63,472 bases of DNA, filler included, from Globobulimina sp. (GCA_003354225.1; 53 parts of 53 records of this genome joined end to end with filler, not necessarily neighbours in it), one strand, 5' to 3'; shown: positions 11,523 through 23,193, numbered from the whole stretch's first letter. The notes: a model not told the origin generated them from the sequence alone. Made by a program: numbers and translations.

Positions 11523-12000
11523 GGTGCTTTTGTATGACAAATTAATATGTACATTCTTTTTAAATATGTATTAAAATTTGGTTTTGATGAAAAATTAAAT
11601 TATTGGAATAAAAATGAATTGAGTGAGATTGAATACTATTAGTTTTAAAAATAATTAAAAAGTAAATTTATATCCAAACGAACAGGTAAATTCATTGCAA
11701 AATGTAAACGTAAAGGAATGATGAAACAAACACGTAAATTCATTGTGCATTTTTGTAAATTTACAATGACTTAATTACTTCATTAGGCCTCTCCGATAAT
11801 GCTGCAAATTTTAAAAAACTTTTTGAACTAACTTCTTTTTTGCATTCAGTTTGAAAAGTCACACATTGTGACAAATGGATTATAAATGGATGGGAATGGT
11901 NNNNNNNNNNNNNNNNNNNNNNNNNNNNNNNNNNNNNNNNNNNNTTAATTAATTAANNNNNNNNNNNNNNNNNNNNNNNNNNNNNNNNNNNNNNNNNNNN

Positions 12001-12188
12001 TGTGTGGAAAAAAAAATTTTAGAATTATTTTAAAGTTTTTTAACGATTAAAACGGATTTTAAAAAAAAAAAAATTTTGTCATTTTTTTGGTCACATGCAT
12101 GAAAAAATGAAAAAAAATTTTTTTTTCGAAAATGCATTTTAATCGCTAAAAAACTTGAAAACAAGTCCAAAATTAATGTTTGCACACA
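12001..12188. repeat. ~190-bp imperfect palindrome (foldback/MITE-like) centred on CATGCATG
   Basis: TGTGTG...AAGTTTTTTAACGATTAAAA... mirrored by ...TTTTAATCGCTAAAAAACTT...CACACA. Confidence 0.8.
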
Positions 12189-12583
12189 TTTTCTGAGTTT
12201 CTAATTTACATTTAGCCTGCTTTCTGGTTCTAAATTTGCATGAAATTTTGATGGTAGAAATTTGACAAACCATTTCTCAAATCCCAGACATCGCCCAGAG
12301 TTCTAGTTTGCGGCGTTTAATAGTCAAAATAGTGGACTATTAAACCAGCTATGAAATCAGGATGGTATCGGTAAATCGCCGATTTGAGATCAATTTAAGC
12401 AAAAAAAATCGGGGGAGAAAAAACTTTTTTTTTTGTTTTTGCCATGAATCAGGGTCAAAAGTAAATAATAAAAGCCATCTGAAATATACATTTTGTAGAT
12501 CTCTGTTGGCTGCGGAATCGCTGGTATGTATGTACTGTATGTATGTACTATGTGTCTATGTATTTCTTTTAGCTATAGCAGAT

Positions 12584-13019
12584 TCTAAGGTGGTCGAAGG
12601 GTAGTCACCTATCGAACGGTTGTTTAAATCCCGTTAGGGGCGACTACTTTATCACTTCTCTAGATAATGTCTGCTTCGATTTTATGGATTGGTAAGTATA
12701 CATGTTTTATCTTTATTGTTATGTCTGGTACGTTCCCCGATTGCGAAATATGTCTGGATTGCGAAATATGTCTAGTGTGGGCGTTTTCCCCGCTTCGATT
12801 GGGAAATATGTATGGCGTGGGCGTTTCTGTCGGCCGCCGTCAGATGTCTCTTCGATCGAAAACGGGTCTAGGCCGTTATCGATCCGGTATAGCGTTAGTG
12901 GATGGGAGAGCCCGTTCGACTGCCGTCTCACGTTGTACAGTTGTATTTTAATTTCTGGTTTATACCCGCCGACAAAGGTACGTTCCAAAACGCCCCTGCT
13001 CAGACCACAGAGCGGGGGC
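12584..13019 (+). ncRNA. Putative structured RNA or element terminus: array of hairpins with G-U pairs
   Basis: Stems at 12584-12664, 12785-12806, 12826-12844, 12854-12884, 12901-12927 and 12992-13019; no convincing ORF. Confidence 0.35.
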
Positions 13020-13200
13020 ACGAGTGAAAATTTTGAAATCTACCGTAAGATTCACTATTTTCGCTCAAGCCTGAAATTTTGTCTTAGTCAAAATTTTTGA
13101 NNNNNNNNNNNNNNNNNNNNNNNNNNNNNNNNNNNNNNNNNNNNTTAATTAATTAANNNNNNNNNNNNNNNNNNNNNNNNNNNNNNNNNNNNNNNNNNNN

Positions 13201-13757
13201 TTTGCTCAAACTGATAGCTCTACCACCCGCAAATACGGCGGAACTGGATTAGGAATGTCTATTGTTAATAACCTGATAAAAATAATGGGTGGTGATATAA
13301 ATATTGAAAGTGAAGTTGGAAAAGGAACCACTGTTAGTGTTATTTTGCCACTTCAAAAAGTAGATATGGTTAGCAAAGTAACAAAAAAATCATTCTCTGC
13401 GCCAGACTTAACGAATAAACAAATTTTAGTTGCTGAAGACAATGCAATTAATAAACTATTGATAGAGTCAATGTTAAAGCCGACCAAAGCAACCGTTACA
13501 CTAGTAGAAAATGGGCAGTTAGCGATCAATGCAGCTCAAACACAAAGCTACGACATTGTATTAATGGACATTCATATGCCCGTGATGGATGGCATGGAAG
13601 CACAACAAAAAATTAAACTTCTAAATCCAGAGTTACCAGTGATTGCATTAACCGCTAACGTAATGAAGGAGGATATTGCCAGTTATTTACAAAAAGGGTT
13701 TGTTGCTCATATTGCTAAGCCTATCGACATTAACAACCTATATGGCAGTTTAAAGCA
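13201..13757 (+). CDS. Bacterial-type hybrid sensor histidine kinase (HATPase end + receiver domain), fragment
   Basis: FAQTDSSTTRKYGGTGLGMSI...ESEVGKGT; ILVAEDNAIN...DIVLMDIHMPVMDG...VIALTAN...HIAKP; no introns; joined to unrelated sequence near 13758. Confidence 0.93.
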
Positions 13758-14400
13758 TTGCCGCCACCGCCTACACCGTTGGCAGATAGTAATTTGTTGC
13801 TTGGTGATAAAATTGACCCAATGTTTTTGCCGGAAGCTATGCCAACACAACATATTATTGATCCCACTGCAAAAATTGCAAAAAATAAACAGCTGACAAA
13901 AAAGATTAGAGATAAAAAAGTGACATTGCTTTTGTCTTGATTGTAATTTGTAAATGTTAGCTTGTCAAATTATATTTAAAGCTTAGATTAAAAACAGCTT
14001 AAATAAGTGATTTTGTTCATGGCTTGCATTGACAATAAATAATTTCAAGTTTAAATCAAACATGCAGTACGTCATGGGATTACTCATTGAAGATCTGTCA
14101 CACATTATTATTTGTCAAACAAAAGAAGAAAAATGCATGCAACTGTTTACCATTATAATTACCAGCAAAAGAATTCGAAGAACAAACGCAGCTAAAGAAT
14201 GATCAACAAACACCTATGTTTTGTAGCATGTAATATTTCTTGCAACAGTCATAAAAACGCTCTGGGTAATCCAGTGTACCATTGAATATGTTGTGACTGC
14301 NNNNNNNNNNNNNNNNNNNNNNNNNNNNNNNNNNNNNNNNNNNNTTAATTAATTAANNNNNNNNNNNNNNNNNNNNNNNNNNNNNNNNNNNNNNNNNNNN

Positions 14401-14592
14401 ATTATAAAAATAAAATTTACCATTATTTTTTGGTATTGCTATCTGTTTGCCACCATCCATAAATATGCGTGCATAGGATGGTGATATCTCCTCTGATAAT
14501 CCTGCTATTTGACCGCTCAATTTATAGTTATTTCCATTGATGCATTCAATTGTGACCAATAATAATATTACGCTGAGATAATGTAAAAACAT
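14401..14592 (-). CDS. EMC7: ER membrane complex subunit 7-like, 5' part
   Basis: Signal peptide MFLHYLSVILLLVTIECING then YKLSGQI...ARIFMDGGKQIAIPKNNGKFYFYN (DUF2012 pattern). Confidence 0.65.
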
Positions 14593-14664
14593 TATTATAA
14601 TTAGAGCAGGATTACAACACTGAACTGACTCAAGGATTTTCAAACAAAAAAGTGATTTTTCATC

Positions 14665-15500
14665 ATGGCAAATACGCATCCATCGTGGAAGGCATTCTTG
14701 GAGAAACACAAGTGTGAACCAAAAAATGCAACGCAATTCCTCAAATTCGTACAAAAGGAGCCTAATTTACAAAATATAAATTTCAGACAAGCCAAACAAA
14801 TAATCAATGCCAATAATAAAGCAGCCATACCGCCCATACAGCAAAAACCAGCAAATCCAGTTGTTGCCAAAGTTAAATCCAATATATAACAAATATATAT
14901 ATTCATTAATCATTGATATCCAACAGAAACGAGGAAAAATACAAATGCCATCAGGTTTTAAAATTGATATGAAAACACTCAAAGTTGGAGCAAAAAATGA
15001 AAGATTGGTTCAAAAAAAAAAAGAAAGAGCTGAACGACAACAAAACATTCCATTATTATTTCCATACTCAAAACCAACAGTAATGCCAATTGCAAATATA
15101 TCTAAACCTAAACTTCCACAAAGAAGGAAAAAGAAAAAGAGAAATATACCAAACGTCCTTGTTGATGATAATGATGATATCAAACCAGCTGATAACACAA
15201 ATAAAGTGTTTCCAAAACAATTACATTTATCATTCAACAAACAAAGCGAAGTGGAACAAGTTACAAAAGAGCCCAACATTGAAGCTGTAGACAATGAGAT
15301 TTTGAATTGATCACTAATTGACATTGAAAGTGATACACCCGCCTTGCAAGAAGAGATTATTCAAAATGAGGAACTGTATTATATAGCAATCAATGATACC
15401 ACCAAATTACAAGCAGAGATAATTAAAAATGAAGCGCTGTGGAGAAAATACATAAAAACTGTGCCTCGATCGCAAAGAGGGAATTATAGAAACAAACGAA
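14665..15500 (+). CDS. Hypothetical basic protein; intron 14872-14926; in-frame TGA at 15308-15310
   Basis: Phase-0 GT-AG intron joins ORFs 14665 and 14807; same frame stays open after the TGA to the contig end. Confidence 0.55.
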
Positions 15501-15600
15501 NNNNNNNNNNNNNNNNNNNNNNNNNNNNNNNNNNNNNNNNNNNNTTAATTAATTAANNNNNNNNNNNNNNNNNNNNNNNNNNNNNNNNNNNNNNNNNNNN

Positions 15601-16700
15601 TATTGCAGTGTAAAAAAGAATGAATGGAATGATTTATTGCGGAAATGTATATCTTTTGCAAAAACGAGAAATGGAAAAACATCGCGCTTAAATACAAAAG
15701 AAATTGTGTCATTAAAATTATATACGGATTTCGATCTGTTACAAAGAGAGTTTCGACGGTGTTTCAGAGAAAAGGATATGAATAATCGGAGAAAGAGACA
15801 AAGTCAATTTTATTTTTGGAACAATTTACTTGAAACTGCGTGTAAAAAATCAGAAGACACAATCAGTAAAAAATTATATCATGGTGTTAACGATAAAAAA
15901 TTGGCAGCATCGTGTTTTAGTGGAACATATTACGGTATGTTATATTATAAATGTTAAATGTTGTTCATTTAATGTATATTTTAAATAACTTGTTTTTAAA
16001 ACATACACTATTACTTAGGTCCTGTATCCACTACCATTGATTTCGTGATAGCCAAAGGCTTCGCAGGCGACAATGGTCAGATTTTAGAGTTGTATCCGTC
16101 ATTTGGTGCGAAAGGACTGCGCGTTTCCTGGTTATCAAATTTTCCCAGCGAAAATGAAGTATTATTCATGAATGTATCATTTCAGATTTCTGACATTGTT
16201 AAACTTGAACCAAACCGACGCGAAAAGGATGGCATGGAACAATGCATTTTGAATGCATTACAAACAATAAATATTGATTCGAAAATTATTTCCTTGAATG
16301 AAAACGATAACAGTCCTAAGACTGACGATGTATCAAATTTTAGCAATTTAGCAAATGTTGAAAAATTATCAGTATTATATTTGTTGTATTTACAGTATCG
16401 ACCAAACGAATGGAATACATTGATTGCAGCATCAGACTCTAATCAGAAATATTTATCCAATGCATTTATAAAGTTTCGAGATCAGTTTATTTCTTTGGCA
16501 CAAAATGTGAAAGCTGTGTATATGGATAATATGAGTAAATTATTACAAATCTTTTTTTATACAAAATCAACAGAATATAAACTACCAATTTTGAATATTG
16601 AGCAAGATTTTAGTGCTATTTATCAAAAATTAGAGCAAACATACACTGGGGACAAACCATTTTATTTTGCAATAATTGTCCAATTATTTCCTTGTGCGGA
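15601..16700 (+). CDS. ADP-ribosyltransferase-like (ExE clade) domain protein, partial; intron 15935-16018
   Basis: LKLYTD...KLYHGV...YYG|PVSTTIDFVIAKGFA...ILEL...VSWLSNFPSENEVLF. Confidence 0.7.
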
Positions 16701-16804
16701 NNNNNNNNNNNNNNNNNNNNNNNNNNNNNNNNNNNNNNNNNNNNTTAATTAATTAANNNNNNNNNNNNNNNNNNNNNNNNNNNNNNNNNNNNNNNNNNNN
16801 CCAT

Positions 16805-16894
16805 TGACTTTTTAGGTTACAACCACTCTATAGCTAACCCAAAAACCTTTCCAAACACAAAAGAAGTGTTTAGAAGTGTGAACCTAAAAAGTCA
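16805..16894. mobile_element. 90-bp MITE-like element with 14-bp terminal inverted repeats
   Basis: TGACTTTTTAGGTT (16805-16818) / AACCTAAAAAGTCA (16881-16894); its right 33 bp recur at 21791-21823 on another contig. Confidence 0.6.
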
Positions 16895-17136
16895 CATATT
16901 TCACAAATTGGTAGCGCCAACCGTAACGAACTCAGAACAAGAAGTATGCACGAACAACAACAACAACACAACAATAGCATTAGAAATACCAGCAATACTC
17001 TGACAAAACAGAAGCATAATTAATCTAGCTAGCGGCAGAGGTTTGACAAACAATTCTATTTTTTCTCAAACAAAACTGCAAAAAATTGAACATTTGTAAT
17101 TCTAAGTTAATTGTAAATATATATTTATCCCTCTGA

Positions 17137-17900
17137 CTAATTTAACAAATAACGCAATGAATCTAACTTTCTATATTTAACCAAATACGGCACGCCCCAT
17201 TGCAAGAAATCCGCCGAAGGATCCAATGTTTTAATTAAACCTTCGATAATCCCCAATGAAGCAATAACAGCACTAAACGAAGAATCCAATAAAATCTGCT
17301 CTTTTTGTGTCAATATCAACACATTTCTTAACAAGGGCCCAATAGAAATGTATGGTATTCCTTTCTTTTCTATCACGTTTCCATTATTATCCTTATATCT
17401 CCATCGCAAACTATCCTGTATAATATCCGCCAATTGCAACACAAATCTATCCCTCCTGCCATAACAATGCGGATCGCTGTTCTCGTCCATCACTGCCCAA
17501 CTACCAAATAATTGCGCTGCTTCTCTACAATTGGCAGTGGCGATATGTCCCATCATCTCACCAAATCGTCTATGTCCATCTGGCGTTAAGCTAGCTGTTA
17601 AACCCGCATCTAAAAATATTAATGGTCCTTCAATGTCCCGCTTCAAATTATCCTTCACTGCGGATGACATTTTATCCCTCACTGCGGAGACAATTCCAGT
17701 TCCAGAAACATTCTGAGTGTCTTTCGAAAGCCTCCCCTGAGTCACATCAACCGCACGAATTAATATATTACCACTGTGACAGTCGCCGTGCACAAAATTA
17801 TCCCTTAACGCCATTTTCATGAAGACGTCATAGCATTGTTTGGCAATGGAATGTCTGCATTCATCTGTTAACTTATTCAGATCCAAATTGCATAAAGGAA
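17137..17900 (-). CDS. ABC1/ADCK (UbiB family) atypical kinase, C-terminal part
   Basis: FMKMALRDNFVHGDCHSGNILIR...LIFLDAGLTASL...IEGLIKTLDP. Confidence 0.88.
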
Positions 17901-18002
17901 NNNNNNNNNNNNNNNNNNNNNNNNNNNNNNNNNNNNNNNNNNNNTTAATTAATTAANNNNNNNNNNNNNNNNNNNNNNNNNNNNNNNNNNNNNNNNNNNN
18001 GG

Positions 18003-18866
18003 ATAAAAAATAAAAAAGATTGCACCAACTATCAGTTGATAAAAATTTATAAGACATATGGGAATGAGAGAGTATTTTTAAAACGTTATCAAGAATTTGT
18101 ATTTATTCGAGAAACGTTTTTGATGGAATATAATAATTTCTATTACAATTATAAAACTAAAGAGATATATATTGAAATGGTGTGTTATGGACAGAGTTTA
18201 AAGCAAATAATAAAACAAAATGGTGTTATCAATGATGAACATAGAGTAAAATTAATTGCATTTGATTTATTAGATAAGTTATGGATTGTTCATAATGCAG
18301 GATTTGCTCATTGCGATGTTAAACCTTCAAATATACTGCAAAGAGAATTGAATGATGAAAGCAAATCGGAAGAGAATAAGATTGTTGATGGGTATAAATT
18401 AATTGATTTTGAGTTAATCCATAAAAATAATTCAAAAGGAAGATATGTGGGTACGTTGGGGTGGAGTGCACCTGAAATTGCTCCAAATTTAAATAAAAAC
18501 AGTTATCATATTTCGTGTGATATATTTGCATTTGGTTTAGTTATTTTGTATATGTTATTTGGTACAAATCCATTTCAAATGTCAAAGGAACAACGAATGT
18601 TACTTATTAATAAAATATTACTTGAACATGATGACGAATTAACACATAAACAAATTAAACGCAAATTAAATGATATTTGGTATAAGGGAATAATTTTAAA
18701 ATCGGAGTATAAAATAAAAAATTATTTAGTTCAATTGTATTATAATGATCAAATTTCATTGGATTTGTTTGAATTATTATTTGTTGGATTATTAGTGTAT
18801 GATCCACATAAAAGATGGAATTGTAAACAAATATATAATTCCAAATGGTTTAGCGATGTCAAATGA
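18003..18866 (+). CDS. Divergent Ser/Thr protein kinase, 5'-truncated
   Basis: HCDVKPSNIL, KLIDFE (DFG variant), GTLGWSAPE, DIFAFG, LLVYDPHKRW. Confidence 0.9.
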   Translation: MKNKKDCTNYQLIKIYKTYGNERVFLKRYQEFVFIRETFLMEYNNFYYNYKTKEIYIEMVCYGQSLKQIIKQNGVINDEHRVKLIAFDLLDKLWIVHNAGFAHCDVKPSNILQRELNDESKSEENKIVDGYKLIDFELIHKNNSKGRYVGTLGWSAPEIAPNLNKNSYHISCDIFAFGLVILYMLFGTNPFQMSKEQRMLLINKILLEHDDELTHKQIKRKLNDIWYKGIILKSEYKIKNYLVQLYYNDQISLDLFELLFVGLLVYDPHKRWNCKQIYNSKWFSDVK

Positions 18867-19202
18867 TTAACTATATTACGTATACGTATATTAATTATAT
18901 GTTTTTTCATTTATTTTTGTATTATTTTGTATTATTTAACATACGGTATTTTGTTGATTGTTGATTTATTACGTTAATTTTACGTATTTTTATTGATCGT
19001 AAGTTAACTATTTTTAATAATTTTTTTTCGCCATTTTACGTACTTTAAAATTAAACAGCTTAACGATATATTTCATTCAGTTATACATTTGTTGTAACTT
19101 NNNNNNNNNNNNNNNNNNNNNNNNNNNNNNNNNNNNNNNNNNNNTTAATTAATTAANNNNNNNNNNNNNNNNNNNNNNNNNNNNNNNNNNNNNNNNNNNN
19201 AG

Positions 19203-20120
19203 TTTATATTAAATGTGCAGGATTTGACCTATGTTCATCCAGAAAGTGGCCGCTGTTTCTTTAAGAAGCTGACATTTTCATTGTCGCCGGGTATGGTGGT
19301 CGGAGTGGTGGGACCCAACGGTATCGGAAAAACGACTTTGTTCAAATTGATAGTGGGCGAATTAGCGCCGAGCAGCGGGAAAATCCATATTGGCGGAAGT
19401 GTGGAGTTGGGCTATATTGACCAAAGCAGGAAAGATTTGAATTTGAATCCAAATCATACGGTTTGGGAGGAGATATTGGACGGACATGACATGGATGAGG
19501 CGATACATATCAATGAACGGAAGCAAATGCAGCCGAGGGAGTATGTGAAACAATTCAATTTTACGGGTCGGTCGCAGGATAAATTAGTGTCATTTTTGTC
19601 CGGCGGTGAACGGAATAGAGTGCATTTAGCGAAATCATTGCGGAATGGATGTAATGTGTTGTTGTTGGATGAGCCGAGTAATGATTTGGATGTGGATACT
19701 GTGAGGAAGTTGGAAGAATGCATGGAGACTTTCCGTGGGATTGCTATGGTTATTTCTCATGATCGATATTTTTTAGATCGCGTTTGTACGCATTTGATTG
19801 CCTTTGACGAGCAAAAGGTGCAATGGTTTGAAGGGAACTATTCCGAGTATTTGAAATTTAAAAATCAGGAAAAAAAGTTAAATAAAAAAAAATCGTCGAC
19901 TACGCGCATGCCGGTGTCTCCAAATGAAGTTATTAATGGGAATCATATGCATATTAATGGTGTGAAGCAATACACGGAGGAGACAGAGACAGAGATAGCG
20001 ACAGAAACAAAGATAGAGACTGACACAGATATACATACTACTGACACTCGTCAGCAATTCGAGCTTGTACATGCTGTTGTAGTTGAGAGACAAGGTAAAG
20101 AACTCAACTCATTTGAATGA
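19203..20120 (+). CDS. ettA: ABC-F ATPase of the EttA/YjjK type, second ABC domain; tail after ~19885 may be chimeric
   Basis: GPNGIGKT, GYIDQSR, LSGGERNRVHLAK, LLLDEPSNDLD, ISHDRYFLDR, WFEGNYSEY. Confidence 0.85.
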   Translation, partial: FILNVQDLTYVHPESGRCFFKKLTFSLSPGMVVGVVGPNGIGKTTLFKLIVGELAPSSGKIHIGGSVELGYIDQSRKDLNLNPNHTVWEEILDGHDMDEAIHINERKQMQPREYVKQFNFTGRSQDKLVSFLSGGERNRVHLAKSLRNGCNVLLLDEPSNDLDVDTVRKLEECMETFRGIAMVISHDRYFLDRVCTHLIAFDEQKVQWFEGNYSEYLKFKNQEKKLNKKKSSTTRMPVSPNEVINGNHMHINGVKQYTEETETEIATETKIETDTDIHTTDTRQQFELVHAVVVERQGKELNSFE

Positions 20121-20400
20121 TTTGATTTACAATGTGAGCAAAAATTGACAGAATCATGGGAGTTAGACTTGACACGTAACAGCTCATTCTGCCATGGCCT
20201 ATACACGTAACAGCTCAGGACTCTTTACATTTATTCATTTTCATACTAAATATCCTTGCACATCGACCCAAAAACAGATATCATTGACAGAACCACCAAA
20301 NNNNNNNNNNNNNNNNNNNNNNNNNNNNNNNNNNNNNNNNNNNNTTAATTAATTAANNNNNNNNNNNNNNNNNNNNNNNNNNNNNNNNNNNNNNNNNNNN

Positions 20401-21050
20401 AAGCGTTGAGGCTCACCTTCAATATCTAAGAATTTAATGGTCTCACTTTCAATCTGTGTGTGTCTGGTGGAAGGATCAAATTTAAACTTGCGATTAGGCC
20501 ATAAAAACCAATTAATTGTATAATACGCAGATATTAGCCTTGTAATTGGATTCCCCATCGAATTGCAGTTGACCCTGTTTTAGGAATATGATATTTAAAT
20601 ACACAGTTTTATTATTTATCAAACTCCCATTGTTTGTATGGGTGAATATCGGCATTAAGTATTTCTGAAACTTCAATATATTTATTCCAGTCTTTATATG
20701 TTTGGATGTCGCGATATAGCGCTTCTCTGCATTTTGGAAGCAATAAAGGATTACCAAATATCATTCCATCTTAAATTCATTGTTAGAGTAACTTTCACAT
20801 ATTTGGTGTTATTCGAAAATGATCTCTGCAATGTGGAGGCAATCAGTTTGCGATATTTATCTGTTTGGATCAATTTATTATTTGTTGTTATGTTGACCTT
20901 CGGAATGATGTTGACATTCATATTCCTGATGATATATTCTTTCTGAATTGTAGTTTGATGGACGTCGACGTTCCTATAAAGCTCACAAATATATACTACA
21001 GCAATGGATACGATTGTAATCATGAACTTGTTGGCGTTGCTCATCCGCAT
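20401..21050 (-). pseudogene. Golgi-type sulfotransferase relic (type II TM), with stops and frameshifts
   Basis: N-terminal TM; HIPKTGST (5'-PSB) and NPITRLISAY (3'-PB) motifs lie in different frames and unusually close together. Confidence 0.55.
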
Positions 21051-21790
21051 TAAATTAATTTTTAACTATTCTTTTGTTTAAAAAATAAAAATCGTGTATG
21101 TTGGGTTGCAAATGTACAATTTGTATTATATATTATTCTTTAATAAAATGTTCGGGTATTAGTACACGCGCTGTATCAACTAAATTAAGGCTCGCTGCCA
21201 TGATGCATATAACCTGTGTTATAATTATCCTTTTTAGTGTAGATCTCGTAGTAGAAATTTTAAACTTAATAACAAGTGTTTTTATAGAATCCTTGCACTC
21301 AAAATATCAGTATACCAAAATAGCATCAATCCCAGCTCTCAAATAATAAATATAATACAAACAAAAAAGCAAAAAGGAGACACACAAATGGTTCTGATCA
21401 GAAAAAAGAATAAAATAAATAAATAATAAAACAAATTATGTGCATTTTCTGTGAACTATGCAAGGTCCACATTCATCATATTCATCTTTTGTAATCCACA
21501 NNNNNNNNNNNNNNNNNNNNNNNNNNNNNNNNNNNNNNNNNNNNTTAATTAATTAANNNNNNNNNNNNNNNNNNNNNNNNNNNNNNNNNNNNNNNNNNNN
21601 TTTCTAATAGAGACGAGAAGATGAGACGAACATTTACTTAAGCTTTTTCTCTAACAATTCACAAATGATTAAAAAAACTTGATCATGAGCAAAATCAATG
21701 TCAAATATGAAAACTCTAATACACACACAATACAACAACACAAAAGTCTAGCAAAATGATGAAAGAGTCAGTGTGGTCTTCCCTATTCTT

Positions 21791-21823
21791 AAAGAAGTGT
21801 TTAGAAGTGTGAACCTAAAAAGT
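21791..21823. repeat. Second copy of the right end of the 16805-16894 element
   Basis: 33-nt identity AAAGAAGTGTTTAGAAGTGTGAACCTAAAAAGT with 16860-16892. Confidence 0.8.
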
Positions 21824-22340
21824 GAAGTGTTCAGTAAATTATTAGTCGTTATTGTTTAGATTGCGGAGATTGTTGCTATAAGTCCATAACGCTGGTGTGC
21901 GTTTTTATTGTATTTATGTACATGCTATTTTTTTATACTATGTCATAGGGCGCCACGCGTACTGTTTTGTTGTTTGTGGCTCCACATCACGTGCTCCACA
22001 TGACACACTTTCTTCTCAATCTTTCTTCACCACATCGAATTGGTTACATCGAAAACGAAGTGAACGACAATGATTACGAAGTGAACGTCATAATTTCCAG
22101 TACTTTACGACAACAGGTTCTGAAAACACGGAATGGACACACTATAAAAACACAATTGACAAGCTATGATACATTTGTTTTTATCGTTTGACTGATTTTC
22201 ATTTCATTCCATTCTCTTTATTGATAAAAAGTACAGTACTACATATCCCAATATATCAACGCATGTGAAATGAATACAATTAATTAATATTAGAGCTATA
22301 AAATAAAGATATACAGTTATTACAGTATACATTTTGTGAA

Positions 22341-22700
22341 TTACAGTTGCGACTTAATATACGAAACAGTGACTTTTATTCGATCCATCACAGTATCTTT
22401 TGAGCACAATGCATATTTTGCAATATTACTTATCCGTTCTTCGTCTGAATAGACATGTTGCTGCTTATCACCATCACTTCCGTCGGGTGCTGGCTTTGCC
22501 GATACGCGCCTATGTAATATATGATCATTTGATCCGTTATTTATATCCGAAAAATCTTTACTCGAATAATAGATAATTAAGGCACTTATCATAAACAACA
22601 AATCCTCATTGCGTCCGCTCCCATTTTCGCCTCCAATCAGTAACCATGGCCATTTATCCTTTAATGCCACACATTTAATATCATGCAGCCATTCATGACC
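22341..22700 (-). CDS. Hypothetical protein, C-terminal fragment
   Basis: Open frame from the contig edge to TAA; no motif recognised. Confidence 0.45.
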   Translation of the reverse strand, partial: GHEWLHDIKCVALKDKWPWLLIGGENGSGRNEDLLFMISALIIYYSSKDFSDINNGSNDHILHRRVSAKPAPDGSDGDKQQHVYSDEERISNIAKYALCSKDTVMDRIKVTVSYIKSQL

Positions 22701-22800
22701 NNNNNNNNNNNNNNNNNNNNNNNNNNNNNNNNNNNNNNNNNNNNTTAATTAATTAANNNNNNNNNNNNNNNNNNNNNNNNNNNNNNNNNNNNNNNNNNNN

Positions 22801-23193
22801 GTCAGAAACGAATTCATGACATCTGATTTGGCCCAAGGTTGGGCATACTCTTCCTTGTGCATCACTGGATGCCCATAATGCATCATTCTCATCAGTAATA
22901 ATGAGATCTCCTTGCACGCACTGACGTAGTTTGCTTAACTCCGCCGGAGTGCCACCGCGGACCACTTTGAAAGCAATTTGTTCAATGTTATCGACAGTCT
23001 TTCTGATATCATTGAATTTGATTCCTAAGTTGATGGAATCGTAAAATTCAATTAAGATATCGTCCACGAATTTATCTGGATCTTGCGGTGCACGAATTGT
23101 TGGGAGTCGAATTGTATTCAATATACTCCGTGCAATGATCCGTTTCATGTTCGTAATGCGAAGAGCATTACCCACATTGATTGAAATCGACAT
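22801..23193 (-). CDS. Hypothetical protein, N-terminal fragment
   Basis: GC-richer open frame from ATG 23193 to the contig edge. Confidence 0.5.

Noticed and set aside
12667-13100. Three overlapping ORFs of 94-132 aa
   Set aside because: No recognisable motifs; explained by locally higher GC and a short duplication
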